A stretch of 64,000 nt of DNA from Octopus vulgaris (GCA_951406725.2 OX597823.1:94178001-94242000), one strand, 5' to 3'; shown: positions 1 to 14,473, counted from the stretch's first letter. Notes: generated by a model from the sequence alone, not told the origin. Numbers and translations are program-made.

Positions 1-61
1 ATACATACATACATACATACATACATACATACATACATACATACATACATACATACATACA
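1..61. repeat. (TACA)n microsatellite
   Basis: Perfect ATAC tetramer array at window start. Confidence 0.95.
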
Positions 62-737
62 ATGTGAAAGTCTCTAGTTGGTTTCATTACAAACGTTTGA
101 TGTTTTTTATTTCACAAACACGGCCATAGTCCCTGGGCAAATTCAATATGACGTCGCGTTACTAAGCTGGCCCTTTCACGGAAAGGCTTTTATATACTAG
201 TAGCGTAACTGTGTCTGTCCGCGAATTACAGCAACTGTCTCTGGCAATCTGGTTTCAAGTACAAGTAATAGGCCGAGCAAAGCCAATATTAAAAACGCAT
301 GCGCAAAATGCTGGACAGTCGGACATTTCCTGTCACTCTCTGATTACGAAGCGAACCTCTGAGTTAATGCCTAAATACATATATTCCGATACTCATTAGT
401 ATATATGTACATACATGCAATAGAAGTATAACTATACAAAGACAGATATATACATACATTCATATATACATAAATGTAGAGATGTATATTTTTTTTGTGT
501 ATAAGTGTACAAAAAAATACGATGTACAGATGTGGGCGTATGGGTACGTGTGTGAGCATATCTGAGTGTAGATAAGTATTATAAATAAATATATGTACAC
601 AGACTTTCTTTTGTATGAACTCATGCAAATATTTATGTTCATTTATGCACCATTATAAATATGTCTTTATGTAAAGAATGCGAACGCAGGTATACAATAT
701 GTGTATATATGTGTGTGTGTGTGTGTATGTATATATG

Positions 738-796
<59 letters not shown>

Positions 797-945
797 TATA
801 CTACATCGTATTATATGATATATGTATGTAGTTATACTGATATGAATATTTATATTAAGTTATATACACGCAAACACACACGGTTATATATAACATGCAT
901 ATACATACATATATACAGGTACATATATATATATATATACATATA

Positions 946-1003
<58 letters not shown>

Positions 1004-1209
1004 TGTATATGTATATATACTTATGTATAACTCACACAGGCCAATGTATAACAATATTACAATGCAGATAATCACCCATACATATGCTCATGTATGTTAT
1101 ATATGTGTATATACGAGTAAATATACATACATGTGTGGGTTCGTTCGTGTGTGTGTGCATTTATTTAGAGTGCGCCTACGAAAAGGAATATATACGTGTG
1201 CTTAAACAA

Positions 1210-1277
<68 letters not shown>

Positions 1278-1580
1278 CTAAAGCTGGTTTATAAATATTT
1301 GGTTTATTTCATTGAAATTATATTTCAAAGAGATTCGGTTTTTCAGTATATTATTGATTTCGTTATTCTTTATATTAGATTTGTTATTGTTGTTGTTTTA
1401 ATATATGTAGATGTCTTTTGACTGATATTTTTCAACAGAATATTACATGACAGAGAATAGATTGCGAGTATGCACTCTAGGGAAAGTGTTTGGTAGAGAA
1501 AATAATTCACAAGTCTTATTATATTTGAATGTATAGCTAAGCATCTACCACGCCTCTATCTCTCTTTGTTTCTCTCTCCT

Positions 1581-1615
<35 letters not shown>

Positions 1616-1768
1616 TTCCCTAGTCCTCTCCATATCTATGCATTTCTGTGTGTATCACAAACATACATACATGCACTTATATTGTTATATATATTGTAGG
1701 CTCTCTACAGTTGGAATATATATATATATAGAGAGAGAGAGAGGGAGAGGTGTGTGTGTGTGCTCACG

Positions 1769-1825
<57 letters not shown>

Positions 1826-1834
1826 TTATATATT

Positions 1835-1950
<116 letters not shown>

Positions 1951-2170
1951 TAGATAGATATAGATATAGATATATATAGATATATATTTATATATATATA
2001 TAGTTTGGATTAACTGTATATATATATTATATATATATGCAAGTAATCTTCAGAAAACAAGCACTTCTTCCATGTGTCAAATCCCGGAGATTTGTTGATT
2101 ATTTGAAATTACCTCCCCTACATTTTGGGAGTCGGTTGCTTTCTGTTACCTCATATAAATATATATTCGC

Positions 2171-2797
2171 TTTCACACGTATCAGTCATTTGACTTTGAC
2201 CATGCTGGAGCACACCCTTTAGTCGAAGAAATCGCCCCCAGGATTTATTCTTTGTTAGCCTTCTACTTACTCTATCGGTCTCTTTTACTGAATGGCTAAG
2301 CTTCGGGGACATAAACACACAAACATCGGTTGTTTAGCGATGGTGGGGGGACAAACGCAGATGCAAAGACACACAGGTTTAAATATATATATACATATGT
2401 ACCTCATGTGCATTTTAGCGCTCGAACTGAAGAAGCACAGATGGCAAATTAAATTTATTTGCACATTGATGCAGAAACTCGAGTCAAAGGATAACGATAA
2501 AAATATTTATTTTTCATTCCCTTTGAAATTACCTTACTCGTTGTTTGGGCTTTAACTGCCCTTTCTAGCATGTAAAGTGTCCTGTTAAAGCACACCTCTT
2601 TCGTGTATAAATACATACACTATTCTGTACATATATATATACAGGATGAGCTTCTTTCAGTTTCCGTCTTCCAAATCCACTCACAAGGCTTTGGGCAGAC
2701 CGAGGCTATAGTAGAAGACACCAAAGGTGCCACGCAATGGGACTGAACCAGGATGCGTGTGGTTGGGAAGCAAGCTTCTTACCACACGCCGGCACCT
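2171..2797 (-). mobile_element. tRNA-derived SINE, family A (degenerate, interrupted)
   Basis: Colinear with copies at 20308-20745 and 33078-33471 (cagtcatttgact..catgctggagca; aaatccactcacaaggct; gggactgaacc B-box on minus). Confidence 0.8.
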
Positions 2798-2798
2798 A

Positions 2799-2846
<48 letters not shown>

Positions 2847-2859
2847 TTCTAACACTCTA

Positions 2860-3520
2860 GAATTATATGGCTTCATTAACATCTAAATACATTGCTTTTG
2901 CTAACATCATAGAAATATACTCCTTTGCTTATCTAATTCGAATATATTTCTGTACAAGTATATTTGTTTGCTGGCATTATACAAATATATTTCTTTGGTA
3001 ACGTCATAAAAAACAATTTGTACGTTGGGGTGCTGAAAATGTCCTGGTTTTCAGTGTCTCGCCAAAGGCCTGCCTAGAGGCCCAACCTTCCCAGTTCTTT
3101 TACAGGGCTTAGAAAAACTGAAGAGCTGCCGCGTTAAGAGTGTGAATCTGAGGGGCGAATGTGTTGAATAAAACCATAATTAACTAATCCTCCTGTATTT
3201 TCTTTTATCCAAAACCAGGAACTTTTCAGCAGACCCACGTATTTGTTTCCTTGTATTTTTTCTGCTTACATAATACAAATAAATTTTCTGCTAACGTCGT
3301 ACAATGGTATTTTTTGCTAGCATCATGCAAGTATATTTCTTTTCCTTACATTCTACAAATATATATTTATTCGCTGACGTCAGATAAATTTTTGCTATTT
3401 ATGAATATATTTCTTTTCTAAGATCATACAAATCTAGTTCTTTTGGTTACATTCTGTAAATATATTACTTCGCTTACGTTACCAGAAATATATTTCCTCC
3501 TTAACATTATTTCACAATTA
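2860..3520. repeat. Degenerate ~28-30 bp minisatellite (atatatttcttttgctaacatcatacaa-like unit)
   Basis: Recurrent atatatttc...gctaacatcatacaa units on both sides of the MITE at 3021-3241. Confidence 0.6.
3021..3241 (+). mobile_element. Mariner-derived MITE
   Basis: TIRs tacgttggggtgctgaaaatgtcctggtttt / aaaaccaggaacttttcagcagacccacgta with TA ends; interior encodes a mariner-like C-terminus (GLEKLKSCRVKSVNLRGECVE*). Confidence 0.75.
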
Positions 3521-4676
3521 TTTCATATAAAGTTCTTCAACTAGATGACCGCTCAACCTGCAGAAAACTCTCTCAAATAACACCGTAAAAACGCAGTGTC
3601 TTTAACAGAAGATGGACACAGAAAACGCGCCAAGATATTCTCTTTATAAATAAAAGGTGATCTTGTGACAGCAATAAGACATTTTATCACGGCTCTACTA
3701 ACCAGAGGGCTAAACAGCAGATTAAACAGATGCCGTAATTGTTTTCTTTGATTTACTTGAAACCCTGTCAATAAACATTACCAACTAAGATTTAATCGCA
3801 GATCTTCTTGTTACTATGAACCGAATATCCAACATTACTATACTTTACACTATTATCGTTATCGTTCACACCATCACCGTCAACAAATTCGCCACGCCTA
3901 CCTCAGCAACCATTAACGTCACAAAACCACAGTCAACATCCTCATCGCAGTTACCATCAAGTACGCCGCCATCGTCGTCGGAGCCGTTGGTGAGAGCGAT
4001 ACGTGATGTATCTGATATCAGATATAGACACAGTTGATGTTATCCACCAACCATGATGTATAAAGTTGACACTAGTAGAGAACTTTAACCTGACATATCA
4101 GAATCGTATCACCGATCATGGAAGCATGGAACTTCGCTATCAGATTACATTACGACATGTTTTTGTGGATGTGAGGTATATGTATATATTCATGTATGTA
4201 TGTGGGTAAGATACATACATACGTACATATACATTATGCACATGTATGTGCATACATATATATGTATATATGTTTGTGTATGCATACAGATATATATTAT
4301 ATATGTGTATATATATATATGTATATGTATATATGTATATGTATATGTATATATGTATATATGTATATATATATGTATATGTATATATGTATATTTATAT
4401 ATATATAAACATATATAAACATATATATTTAGATGTCAGTACATACGCAGAGAAAATATGAAATACATATCTATAAAGACCAATATAAATACTTGTATGT
4501 ATATATAATTACGCGTAAACATGCATGATAGTATATATATATGCATTTACACATTTACACTAAAAATATATACTTTAATACACACACATACACACATATG
4601 TATATATATAACATACACACAATATACATTATACATACACGCGCTTACATAGCTAAATAATCATTTGTGCATTAAG

Positions 4677-4746
<70 letters not shown>

Positions 4747-5176
4747 CATATATATATATGTGTATACTCTCACGACTGCCATATATATCATATTTGTGTG
4801 TATACGTTTGCATATGTACTTACAGCAATCATTTTTTGTACGAAATAAATAATAAAAACGAGATTAAACATTTTTTTCCCTTTCAATTTGTCATGTATAA
4901 TTTGTCATATGTAAACTACCTTTTATTCCTAGCTGTTGGCTTGCATATATTCTTTTCTATGTTTCTACCCGGTTTATGTTTACATCATCATGTTCGTGTA
5001 TTTCTATCAATTTGTTTGTACGCACATATGTCGCTGTTTGTAGTTTTGTATGAGTGTATCCGTGTCTATGTGAGTAATGTTTTATAAGCAGTCATTGATA
5101 AAAAACAGATAGTTATATTTGTGTGCGTGCGCACGTTTGAGGAAGTAGAGAAGTTAGCGCTGCTTTTTGACACTGC

Positions 5177-5217
<41 letters not shown>

Positions 5218-5225
5218 ATTATTAC

Positions 5226-5271
<46 letters not shown>

Positions 5272-5274
5272 TTC

Positions 5275-5700
5275 TCTTCATCACACGTTTTGTTGAAACT
5301 CCTGGACTCTTCCATGCATAGCAGGCTTACATTCGTTCTTTCCAGCGATCTAATACTTTCCTGATTATTCTGGCCGTGCCAAGGAGGCAAACCTTTTGTA
5401 ACAGTTCTACTGGGCACTCTATTCCGATTTCCTTTATACTCCCCTTGATGTTTTTTGACACAGTTCCCAAAGACCCAGCAATAATTGGCACTATCTTCAC
5501 CTTCTTCATTTTCCATAGCCGGAATATTTCGTACTTAAAAGGGTTCTATCTATTTACCTTTTCGCCTTCCTTCTTGACTATTCGTGTGTCAAACGAGTAT
5601 GCAACGTCAACTGTATACGTGGTGCACCTTGTTCACCACAACTAGGCCCGGTCTCTTATGCTCTAGGACCTCATCTGTTTAGATTGGGAAATCCCATATT
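5275..5700 (-). mobile_element. R4/Dong-like non-LTR retrotransposon fragment (RLE C-terminus), lineage C
   Basis: ORF 5327..5509 VPIIAGSLGTV...LQKVCLLGTARIIRKVL is a typical RLE C-terminus; flanked by (TTA)n. Confidence 0.75.
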
Positions 5701-5891
5701 ATTATTATTGTTGTTGTTGTTGTTGCCATAGATGCAAGGAGCTGACAGAATCGTTCGCAAGTCGGGCAAGTTACCTAGTGATATTTCGTCCGTCCTTACA
5801 AACTGAGCTTTCAGGGTTGATAAAAATAAACATGTGTCACGTACTTGGGTACATTTGATTTAGTCCAGGCCTTCTGCCTATAGTCGAAACA

Positions 5892-5953
<62 letters not shown>

Positions 5954-5970
5954 CATCATTATTATTATTA

Positions 5971-6025
<55 letters not shown>

Positions 6026-6034
6026 CATTACTAA

Positions 6035-6070
<36 letters not shown>

Positions 6071-6074
<4 letters not shown>

Positions 6075-6901
6075 TAGTTTTATTTTTATTTTTATAGCGT
6101 GCTTTCACTTCACTACCGAGCGCAGCTCTGTGTGCCTTGGGTATGTGCTGTGATTTGTTGTGATGCTCTGATGGTTATTGTATGGAAAGTGTTCTGCGTA
6201 GGATGTGGGCAGTGCCTAGTAGTGCAATTTTCTGTATGTTATATGTGTTTGTAAGTCCTGGTGTTTTTGTTATGTATTTGTCTGAATATTTTTTTATCAT
6301 GCCTAATGCACCTACTATGATAGGAATTGTTTCTGTTTTCAGATTCCACATTCTAGTTACCTCTATTTCCAGGTCTTTGTATTTTGAGAGTTTCTCCATT
6401 TCTTTTAGAGACACGTTGTCATCTGCCGGTATTGATACATCAATTAAAAAGCATTTTTTTCTTCATGATCTCTGACAACTATATCTGGTCTGTTGGCCTT
6501 AATTTCTCTATCTGTGTGTATCGGCATATCCCAGAGTATGGTTGCTTTCTCGTTTTCTGTGACCTTTTCTGGTGTGTGCCTATACCATCTTTTTTCTGTT
6601 GTTATTCCATAATGTTGGCATAGCTTCCAATGTATGTAGGTTCCAACTCTGTCATGTCTGTGAATATATTCCTTCTTAGCCAGGACTGGGCAGCTAGAGA
6701 TAATATGATTTATTGTTTCTTGTCCATCTCCACATATTCTGCAGTTACTTGTAATATTTCTTTTCATTACATGTTTTTGGTAATTTCTGGTGGGGAGGCT
6801 TTGGTCTTGTGCTGCAATTAAAAATCCCTCTGTTTCTGCTTTGAGTCCTGAGCTTCTCAACCATTGCTGGGATTTTTCTTTGTCTATTTCTTTGCGTTTA
6901 G

Positions 6902-6905
<4 letters not shown>
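6071..6905 (-). mobile_element. R4/Dong-like retrotransposon, 5'-truncated young copy 1 (frameshifted), lineage A
   Basis: CRICGDGQETINHIISSC zinc finger, RHD, RPD..ID..K..KY RLE motifs split across ORFs 6444..6860 and 6175..6414; (TAA)n on both sides. Confidence 0.92.
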
Positions 6906-6970
<65 letters not shown>

Positions 6971-7039
6971 CTGTGGTATTGAGCAGAATATTTGCTGCAG
7001 CCCATCTTTTATACCAAGACAAAACAATGCACATGATAA

Positions 7040-7105
<66 letters not shown>

Positions 7106-7109
<4 letters not shown>

Positions 7110-8536
7110 TAGTTTTATTTTTATTTTTATAGCGTGCTTTCACTTCACTACCGAGCGCAGCTCTGTGTGCCTTGGGTATGTGCTGTGATTTGTTGTGATG
7201 CTCTGATGGTTATTGTATGGAAAGTGTTCTGCGTAGGATGTGAGCAGTGCCTAGTAGTGCAATTTTCTGTATGTTATATGTGTTTGTAAGTCCTGGTGTT
7301 TTTGTTATGTATTTGTCTGAATATTTTGTTATCATGCCTAATGCACCTACTATGATAGGAATTGTTTCTGTTTTCAGATTCCACATTCTAGTTACCTCTA
7401 TTTCCAGGTCTTTGTATTTTGAGAGTTTCTCCATTTCTTTTAGAGACACGTTGTCATTTGCCGGTATTGATACATCAATTAAAAAGCATTTTTTTTCTTC
7501 ATGATCTCTGACAACTATATCTGGTCTGTTGGCCTTAATTTCTCTATCTGTGTGTATCGGCATATCCCAGAGTATGGTTGCTTTCTCGTTTTCTGTGACC
7601 TTTTCTGGTGTGTGCCTATACCATCTTTTTTCTGTTGTTATTCCATAATGTTGGCATAGCTTCCAATGTATGTAGGTTCCAACTCTGTCATGTCTGTGAA
7701 TATATTCCTTCTTAGCCAGGACTGGGCAGCTAGAGATAATATGATTTATTGTTTCTTGTCCATCTCCACATATTCTGCAGTTACTTGTAATATTTCTTTT
7801 CATTACATGTTTTTGGTAATTTCTGGTGGGGAGGCTTTGGTCTTGTGCTGCAATTAAAAATCCCTCTGTTTCTGCTTTGAGTCCTGAGCTTCTCAACCAT
7901 TGCTGGGATTTTTCTTTATCTATTTCTTTTGCGTTTAGTTTAGTGCAGTATTTACCATGAAGGGGCTTTTCTTGCCATCGTTTTATCATGGTTCGTTGCT
8001 GTTCTGTTTTTAGTTTGGATTTCATTTGTTTTATAGCTTTTGTTGTTTCTTCATCTTCTTCTTCTTCTTCTTCATGTTTATTAGGTGGTATGATTTCTTG
8101 TTTGTATTTGTCAGCTTCCTTAAATACTGAGAACAGTTTTTTGTTTTGCTCGTGTTTTGCCGCTATCTGGATCAGTTTTCCTTCCTTCTGAAGTAGATAT
8201 TTTTGCAGTCCTATGGTGGTTATTTTATAGTAGTTTTCCAGCTGTATAAGGCCTCTACCACCTTCTATACGTTGTATATATAGTCTTTCTATGTCAGATT
8301 TTGGGTGATGCATCCTAGATCCTGTCATTATTTTTCTTGTTTTCCTATCTATTTTGGCCAGTTCATTTCGTGTCCAGTTAAGGATATTGTAGCTGTAACT
8401 TATAACTGGGACAGCTAAAGTGTTGATACCTATTATCTTGTTTTTAGCATTGAGCTCTGTTTTTAGTATTGATCTAACTCGTCTATAATATTCTTTTTTT
8501 TATTTTCTCTTTCATTTGTGTGTGTTGTGTCTTATC

Positions 8537-8539
<3 letters not shown>
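7106..8539 (-). mobile_element. R4/Dong-like retrotransposon, 5'-truncated young copy 2, lineage A
   Basis: Near-identical to copy 1; extends upstream into the RT thumb (RRVRSILKTELNAKNKIIGINTLAVPVISYS); (TAA)n flanks. Confidence 0.93.
7210..8328 (-). CDS. Partial non-LTR retrotransposon protein: RT C-terminus, CCHC finger, restriction-like endonuclease
   Basis: 372-aa open frame with RLY..R.EGGRGL, CRIC..HI..C, RHD, RPDIV...IDVS, KLSKY motifs; no true start (5' truncated). Confidence 0.85.
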   Translation of the reverse strand: MTGSRMHHPKSDIERLYIQRIEGGRGLIQLENYYKITTIGLQKYLLQKEGKLIQIAAKHEQNKKLFSVFKEADKYKQEIIPPNKHEEEEEEDEETTKAIKQMKSKLKTEQQRTMIKRWQEKPLHGKYCTKLNAKEIDKEKSQQWLRSSGLKAETEGFLIAAQDQSLPTRNYQKHVMKRNITSNCRICGDGQETINHIISSCPVLAKKEYIHRHDRVGTYIHWKLCQHYGITTEKRWYRHTPEKVTENEKATILWDMPIHTDREIKANRPDIVVRDHEEKKCFLIDVSIPANDNVSLKEMEKLSKYKDLEIEVTRMWNLKTETIPIIVGALGMITKYSDKYITKTPGLTNTYNIQKIALLGTAHILRRTLSIQ

Positions 8540-8594
<55 letters not shown>

Positions 8595-8619
8595 CATCAT
8601 CATCATTTATGGTTTCCTC

Positions 8620-8896
8620 CTCTCAGCATAACTTTATTTCATCTGCTTTAGTACCGGGTATCCTCCGGAGACCAAGAGTAACAAGAGTTCTTTTGAGTAC
8701 TCTTCTTTCTTCCTTATCACATACCTTGTTTTCAGCTGGGCATGCTATATCTATGATCCGGCATCGTTTGATTTCTTTCTCAATTAACACTTTGTCTGGT
8801 TTTCTATTCTCTATCTCACGGTCGCACTGAATCATAAAATCCCATAGGGTCTTCGCATTATCCTTTTCGATGATAACTTCGGGTTCCTGTTCGAAC
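8620..8896 (-). mobile_element. R4/Dong-like RLE fragment, lineage C
   Basis: LWDFMIQCDREIENRKPD..IIDIACP in ORF 8623..8898. Confidence 0.75.
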
Positions 8897-8924
8897 AATT
8901 ATTATTATTATTGTTGTTGTTGTA

Positions 8925-9146
8925 GTTATGTTGACATTTGCTTTGTATTTATACAAGTTGACAACAAGTCTCACCCAGAGATCTCAATCGATCCTGTTTC
9001 TAGCACTCAACACTGTCTTAAGTATTGCTTTTACCCTGAGGGATTAACGTTAAATATTTCCGTCATTTTTCCTTTTGATAAATGTAGCTTTTGATATTTA
9101 TCGAGGCCAAATTGCATCCTGATATCATCACTGAATTGTTTAATAT
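8925..9146 (-). mobile_element. R4/Dong-like internally deleted fragment (RT piece joined to 3' UTR), lineage B
   Basis: Minus strand reads IKQFSDDIRMQFGLDK (RT); 3' end matches caagtctcacccagaga UTR seen at 11260 and 41790. Confidence 0.65.
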
Positions 9147-11081
9147 ACCGGTTGTGGAGTAATTTCAACTCCTGTGTTTCAGAGAAATTTGAACCAGTAG
9201 CTGATTTTTCGCACCCACTCTGGTTCTTGACTGGGGTACACGACCTTTAGTGATACGGGTGACGGCCGATCCGGTGTGAATTTTGCTTTATTATCAATGA
9301 GGCATGACAAGCTTGGGAGCCTGGCCGTTGGCGATTGGAGACGGATCTGTCTGTTTAGGGATAATCTTTTGAGACAAGACCGCCTCCGAGTGCTCTGAAG
9401 GAAAACATTGCTCGTTACACGACATCCCAAGGCTAACAGATGTGTATTTGCCCGTAATTATTTTTTTTAATAGATTTATACCCGGACATAGTTTTTGTGG
9501 TGTTTTTAAACTTAAGAATTGTTCACTCTGCGAAAAATTAAAAAAGTTGTATTGGTTTTGTTTTTTTTTTGTTTCGTTTTTGACACGTGTTTTCATATGT
9601 GTGTATGTGTGTCCAGCAAATTTCATGTAGTTGTGTAAACAATGGGATGTATGTGTAGTGCTGTAGATATTAAAATGTATGTATGATTGTGAAGGCGTTC
9701 GATGTATGCGTAATTAATCAATTTACGTACTTACTGTTTTGTTCCACTTATCTAGTATTTTATAATTTGTAACATTCCGATGTTGATTTCGCGTGTGTCT
9801 TTCGTACATGTTTCCCTGAGACATCGCACATGAGATAAACTATACTTTGTATGGCAGTGAAATTTCGTTCTTGTGATTATTTTCGTTAAAAGGCCGCTTC
9901 CTTCAAGTATTCTACGGGTTCCTTTATCCCGTTCCACCCATGTCTTTCTCATTCGTAAAATGAACCCCCTTTCATTTCTCAGCTTGCTTTCAATTTTGGT
10001 ATATCGCTGCAACGTTGAATTTTGATTACGACCGACCAATTACTTTATCTCGTAAATTAAAGAATCTGATGTTACTTGGAATGAAAGTTGGGAAATTTGG
10101 GTAATAATTTTAGTCAATCAACAGACAGCGTGACATTAGCAGCTGGTTACCATGACAACCGCACGCTGCGTGGTGCCGCACGTTGTTCTATGTTGATTTT
10201 TCACGCTTGATTCTTCACACCAAGAGATTCTTTTCACCCGTATGTTTTGTTTTAATCTTTCTGTGTGTTAGTATATTACATATCTGTCTGTGCTTCTGTG
10301 TGTTTGTATTTTTCTGTGATTTTTCTGTTAGTATTTTTACCTATTGTTCATTTAATATGCTATTCATCGTAATTTACAAATCCAAACTTGAAAACGTTAC
10401 TCAACTTTGGAGTTTTGGAGTCAGACGCCCCCTTCACATACACACACATACACACGCACGTGAATGCATAAGTGTACATATAAACTTATATATAAATACA
10501 TACATCCACATGCACTTATATATTAATGATGTACACAAATGCATGACAGGTATACATAATATTGAAATACTCATAAAGTAAACACAAGCAGACAAATATA
10601 TTAATATAACAAATTTAAAAATAAGAAAAACAAATCTATGACGAGACAATAGAAACAGTAAGATGATACATGTTGATTTTATTAGGTATTTCTGTTTATT
10701 TAGAAACCTACAATGAACAGGTCATGTCACAGACGTTAAACTATTTTCACAGGGTACAACCTTAAAATTGACCCCACTCCGCTAAACGCAGAAAATTTCT
10801 GTCACGCTATTAGCTAAAAATAGAGAGTTTTACCGATTTGTAAACCTCTGTAACTTTTTCCTCCAATTGATTTTTCTCCACGACATCATACCTACATAGC
10901 AATGAGACTGGAAGACTACATTATTATAGCCGACTTTCAGATTTTTTAGTTCCTTTTCAAAATTGCATATTTTACGAATGAAAAAACTAGGTCACAACGT
11001 TGTTATTAGATTAGATTTGTTATTGAATGGAGAGCCCGGTGTAGTATATCCATGTTGTTATTTAACGCGGAGCTATTATCA

Positions 11082-11145
<64 letters not shown>

Positions 11146-11159
11146 CATTATTATTCTAT

Positions 11160-11731
11160 GATTAACTTTTGCTTTATGTCAATAATAATAATAAGCAGTG
11201 TCAAAAAGCAGCGCTAACTTCTCTACTTCCTCAAACGACAAATTGACAAGTTGGCGCCAAGTCTCACCCAGAGACCTCAAGAGACAACAGGTTGGAAGTT
11301 CACGTTGTTGTTATGTCTAGTGTGCCATATATTTGGGGGTTTTTTTGTGTTGTACTAGTGAATGTCTAATACATAATAAAAAAAATTTTTAAATTTAAAA
11401 AATTTGAAAAATTTGAAAAACTTTTGTTTTAAACCTTGGGATTACATAAAAGTATTTTGCGTAGGATATGAGCAGTTCCCATCAGCACTATCTTTTGAAT
11501 TTCTGCCATTTTGGGGTTTCCTGGTATCTGAGTTAGGTAGCAATCAGTCCCTTTCGCTATCATTCCCAGGGCACCTATGACAACAGGTATTGTTTTAGTC
11601 TTCAACTTCCACATTTTGCTGATTTCTATTTCAAGATCTTTATATTTGCTCAGTTTTTGGTAGGTCTTGACAGATACGTTTATATCGATTGTGACAATCA
11701 TATCAATGAGGAGGCATGTTCTTTGTCTGAA

Positions 11732-11732
<1 letters not shown>
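11160..11732 (-). mobile_element. R4/Dong-like RLE fragment with 3' UTR, lineage B
   Basis: CLLIDM...KLSKYKDLEIEISKMW...IQKIVLMGTAHILRK in ORF 11429..11842; (TAA)n flanks. Confidence 0.85.
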
Positions 11733-11805
<73 letters not shown>

Positions 11806-11995
11806 TAGCACGCCAGGGCCAAATGCTTAGCGACGAGTTCAAATTCCGCCAAGGTCGACATTACCTTTCATCCTTTCAGAGTCGCTGAAATAAGCACCAG
11901 GTGAGCACTGGGGTCGATGTAATAGACCTGGCCCTCCCACACAATTTCAGGGCCTGTAAATATAGTATAAGGATTATTGTTGTTATTACTATTAC

Positions 11996-12085
<90 letters not shown>

Positions 12086-12102
12086 CATCATTATCATTTT
12101 AT

Positions 12103-12509
12103 TCAGTGAGTGAGAGAGCAGGGCATGCCATCAAAGTGGGCCCGGTTAGATTTTTCTTCAGGTCTAGTAGCCCAGCCCACTCAAAATGTACCCTAATAAG
12201 GGCTGTTTAAGCATGTTGAACAAAACACCCATTTTTCCAGAGGTGAATTATCAAAACCCCAAAGAATTCGTCTCAACACATGGCTACGATGCTACCTCAC
12301 TACTTCTGCTCGTGATCAGCGATGCACATATCATCAGCCACTAAAGGACATGCTCAACTGGTTAAGGTCAAACAACTGACAAGCAAATCTGTGGTATTGA
12401 ACAGAATATTGGCTGTAGCGTATCTTTTATACCAAGACAAAACAATGTACATGATAACACTTCCAATCAGTTAAGAACAGAAGCCATGAGAGCCACTGCA
12501 TGCTATTGC

Positions 12510-12510
<1 letters not shown>
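12103..12510 (-). mobile_element. Non-coding interspersed repeat associated with (TAA)n
   Basis: Colinear with 40843-41380 and with the 72-bp fragment 6969-7040. Confidence 0.7.
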
Positions 12511-12551
<41 letters not shown>

Positions 12552-13287
12552 TTGTGTGTGTATGTATGTATGTATGAATTTATATATTAATAGGATGTGT
12601 CACAATACTATTCCACAACCATAGCAACAATCCAGTAATATCAATCCACATATACAAAAACAGCCACATCAACACTCCAACATGCCTCCATCATCAGCTG
12701 CCCCACGGTTATCATTATGGTTTCGGCCCCAGAGCAGTACCATTCAATCCGGCGGTGTCAACAGCCCTAATAAAAGTGTTGTTTGGAAACAAAGAATGCG
12801 GCAGAAGTAACGCCATTTACGCATTTTATAATTTTTATAGTGTATAAATGTTTATTAAGTTATGTTTTTTCATTGAACACAAATGTATTGCATTTATTGC
12901 AAACGAATAATGGACTAATGAAAAAAAATCGTAGAAATAAGAAAACTCGAATGCAAAAGGGCGTTAGTTGTGCCGCACCCTGTACATGCTAATATATGTA
13001 CATGGACTCGCGCATGCACACATATACACACATGACCTGAGTGCATCGGACAAAAATGTCTGAATAACTAAATAAATAAATAAACCAAAGTAATCAAGCT
13101 GTCGGCAGTGAATATTAAAATCAAGTACAAGGATACGTTAACTGTACAACACTGTATGACGCACACACATACACACACACACATATATATATATATGTAT
13201 GTATATATATGTATCTATATATGCATATATACATACATATATATATATATATATACATACATATATATATATGTATATATATATATG

Positions 13288-13332
<45 letters not shown>

Positions 13333-14262
13333 TTATACATGTAAATGAATTCATATGGGTGTAAGGTATACATGTATATATACGTGTGTATGTGTGTACA
13401 TATGTATATATGTATATATTCATAAAAATCTATATATCGCTATGCGTCTGTATATGTTCTATGTCTGTGTGTGTGTATACGTGTATACATATAATTTACT
13501 GAACAATAAAATAAATGAATGTCCGGTAAAATCTCAGGTGACCACCACCATCCCGCTATCACCCCACCACCAACAACAACAACACCATCACCACCATCCC
13601 CACCACCATTTTCTCCAACTAAGACAGCTACACAAGCGAAATCTATACATTCCTGAGTACTTCCAAAGAAATCGGACTGTTTTAAAACTAATAGACTGTT
13701 TTATACCAAATCTCCGCCATATTTTTACTTGTCTTAAAAGAAACATTAATATGCCTGGCAGATTTTTGCTTCATAATCGAAGAGCTGTAGCTATTTCTGG
13801 AAGAATGATTCTAGAATATAAATTGCTGGCCATGACATCGATAGAAATAATGGTCAAGGCAAATCTGAGTGCCATGTCTTTGTAAGTACAACTCTTATTT
13901 ATGGTTATTAGCAAGAATTCCGACTGTAAGAATGCGACGAATTTTAAGGCCTCCTTGTGTTTCGTGAATGATTCAAAGATATCTCTGCAATTAGAAAGAT
14001 GAATAAAACATGAAGACAATAGAATTTTGCTTTCTTTTTATTGTATTTTTTTTCGCTTGTTTTCTTTTGGTTTGCTTTTCTACATATTTCTTCTATTTTT
14101 TCTTTCTTTATTTATTTTTTGCTTTTGTCGGGGTCGATGGGGTATTCTTCGCTTTTGTTTTTGTTTTGTGTAAGTTGAAATATTCGATTTCAATGCTATA
14201 AAGAATAGGCTTAATACTGATAAGAAAATCGGAGATAGCAGCTCTAACTACAGAATCACAAA

Positions 14263-14473
<211 letters not shown>

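Noticed and set aside
2860-3520. ~30-bp periodic repeats considered as a CRISPR-like array
   Set aside because: Degenerate adjacent units without unique spacers, eukaryotic context and no cas genes.
9150-9440. GC-richer stretch next to an R4-like fragment, considered as an HDV-like ribozyme or 5' UTR
   Set aside because: Could not build the P1/P2/P3/P1.1 nested pseudoknot by eye on either strand.
13620-13886. Complex-sequence ORF tail ending at gtaagt, a possible exon
   Set aside because: No recognisable domain, no clear acceptor and no partner exons.
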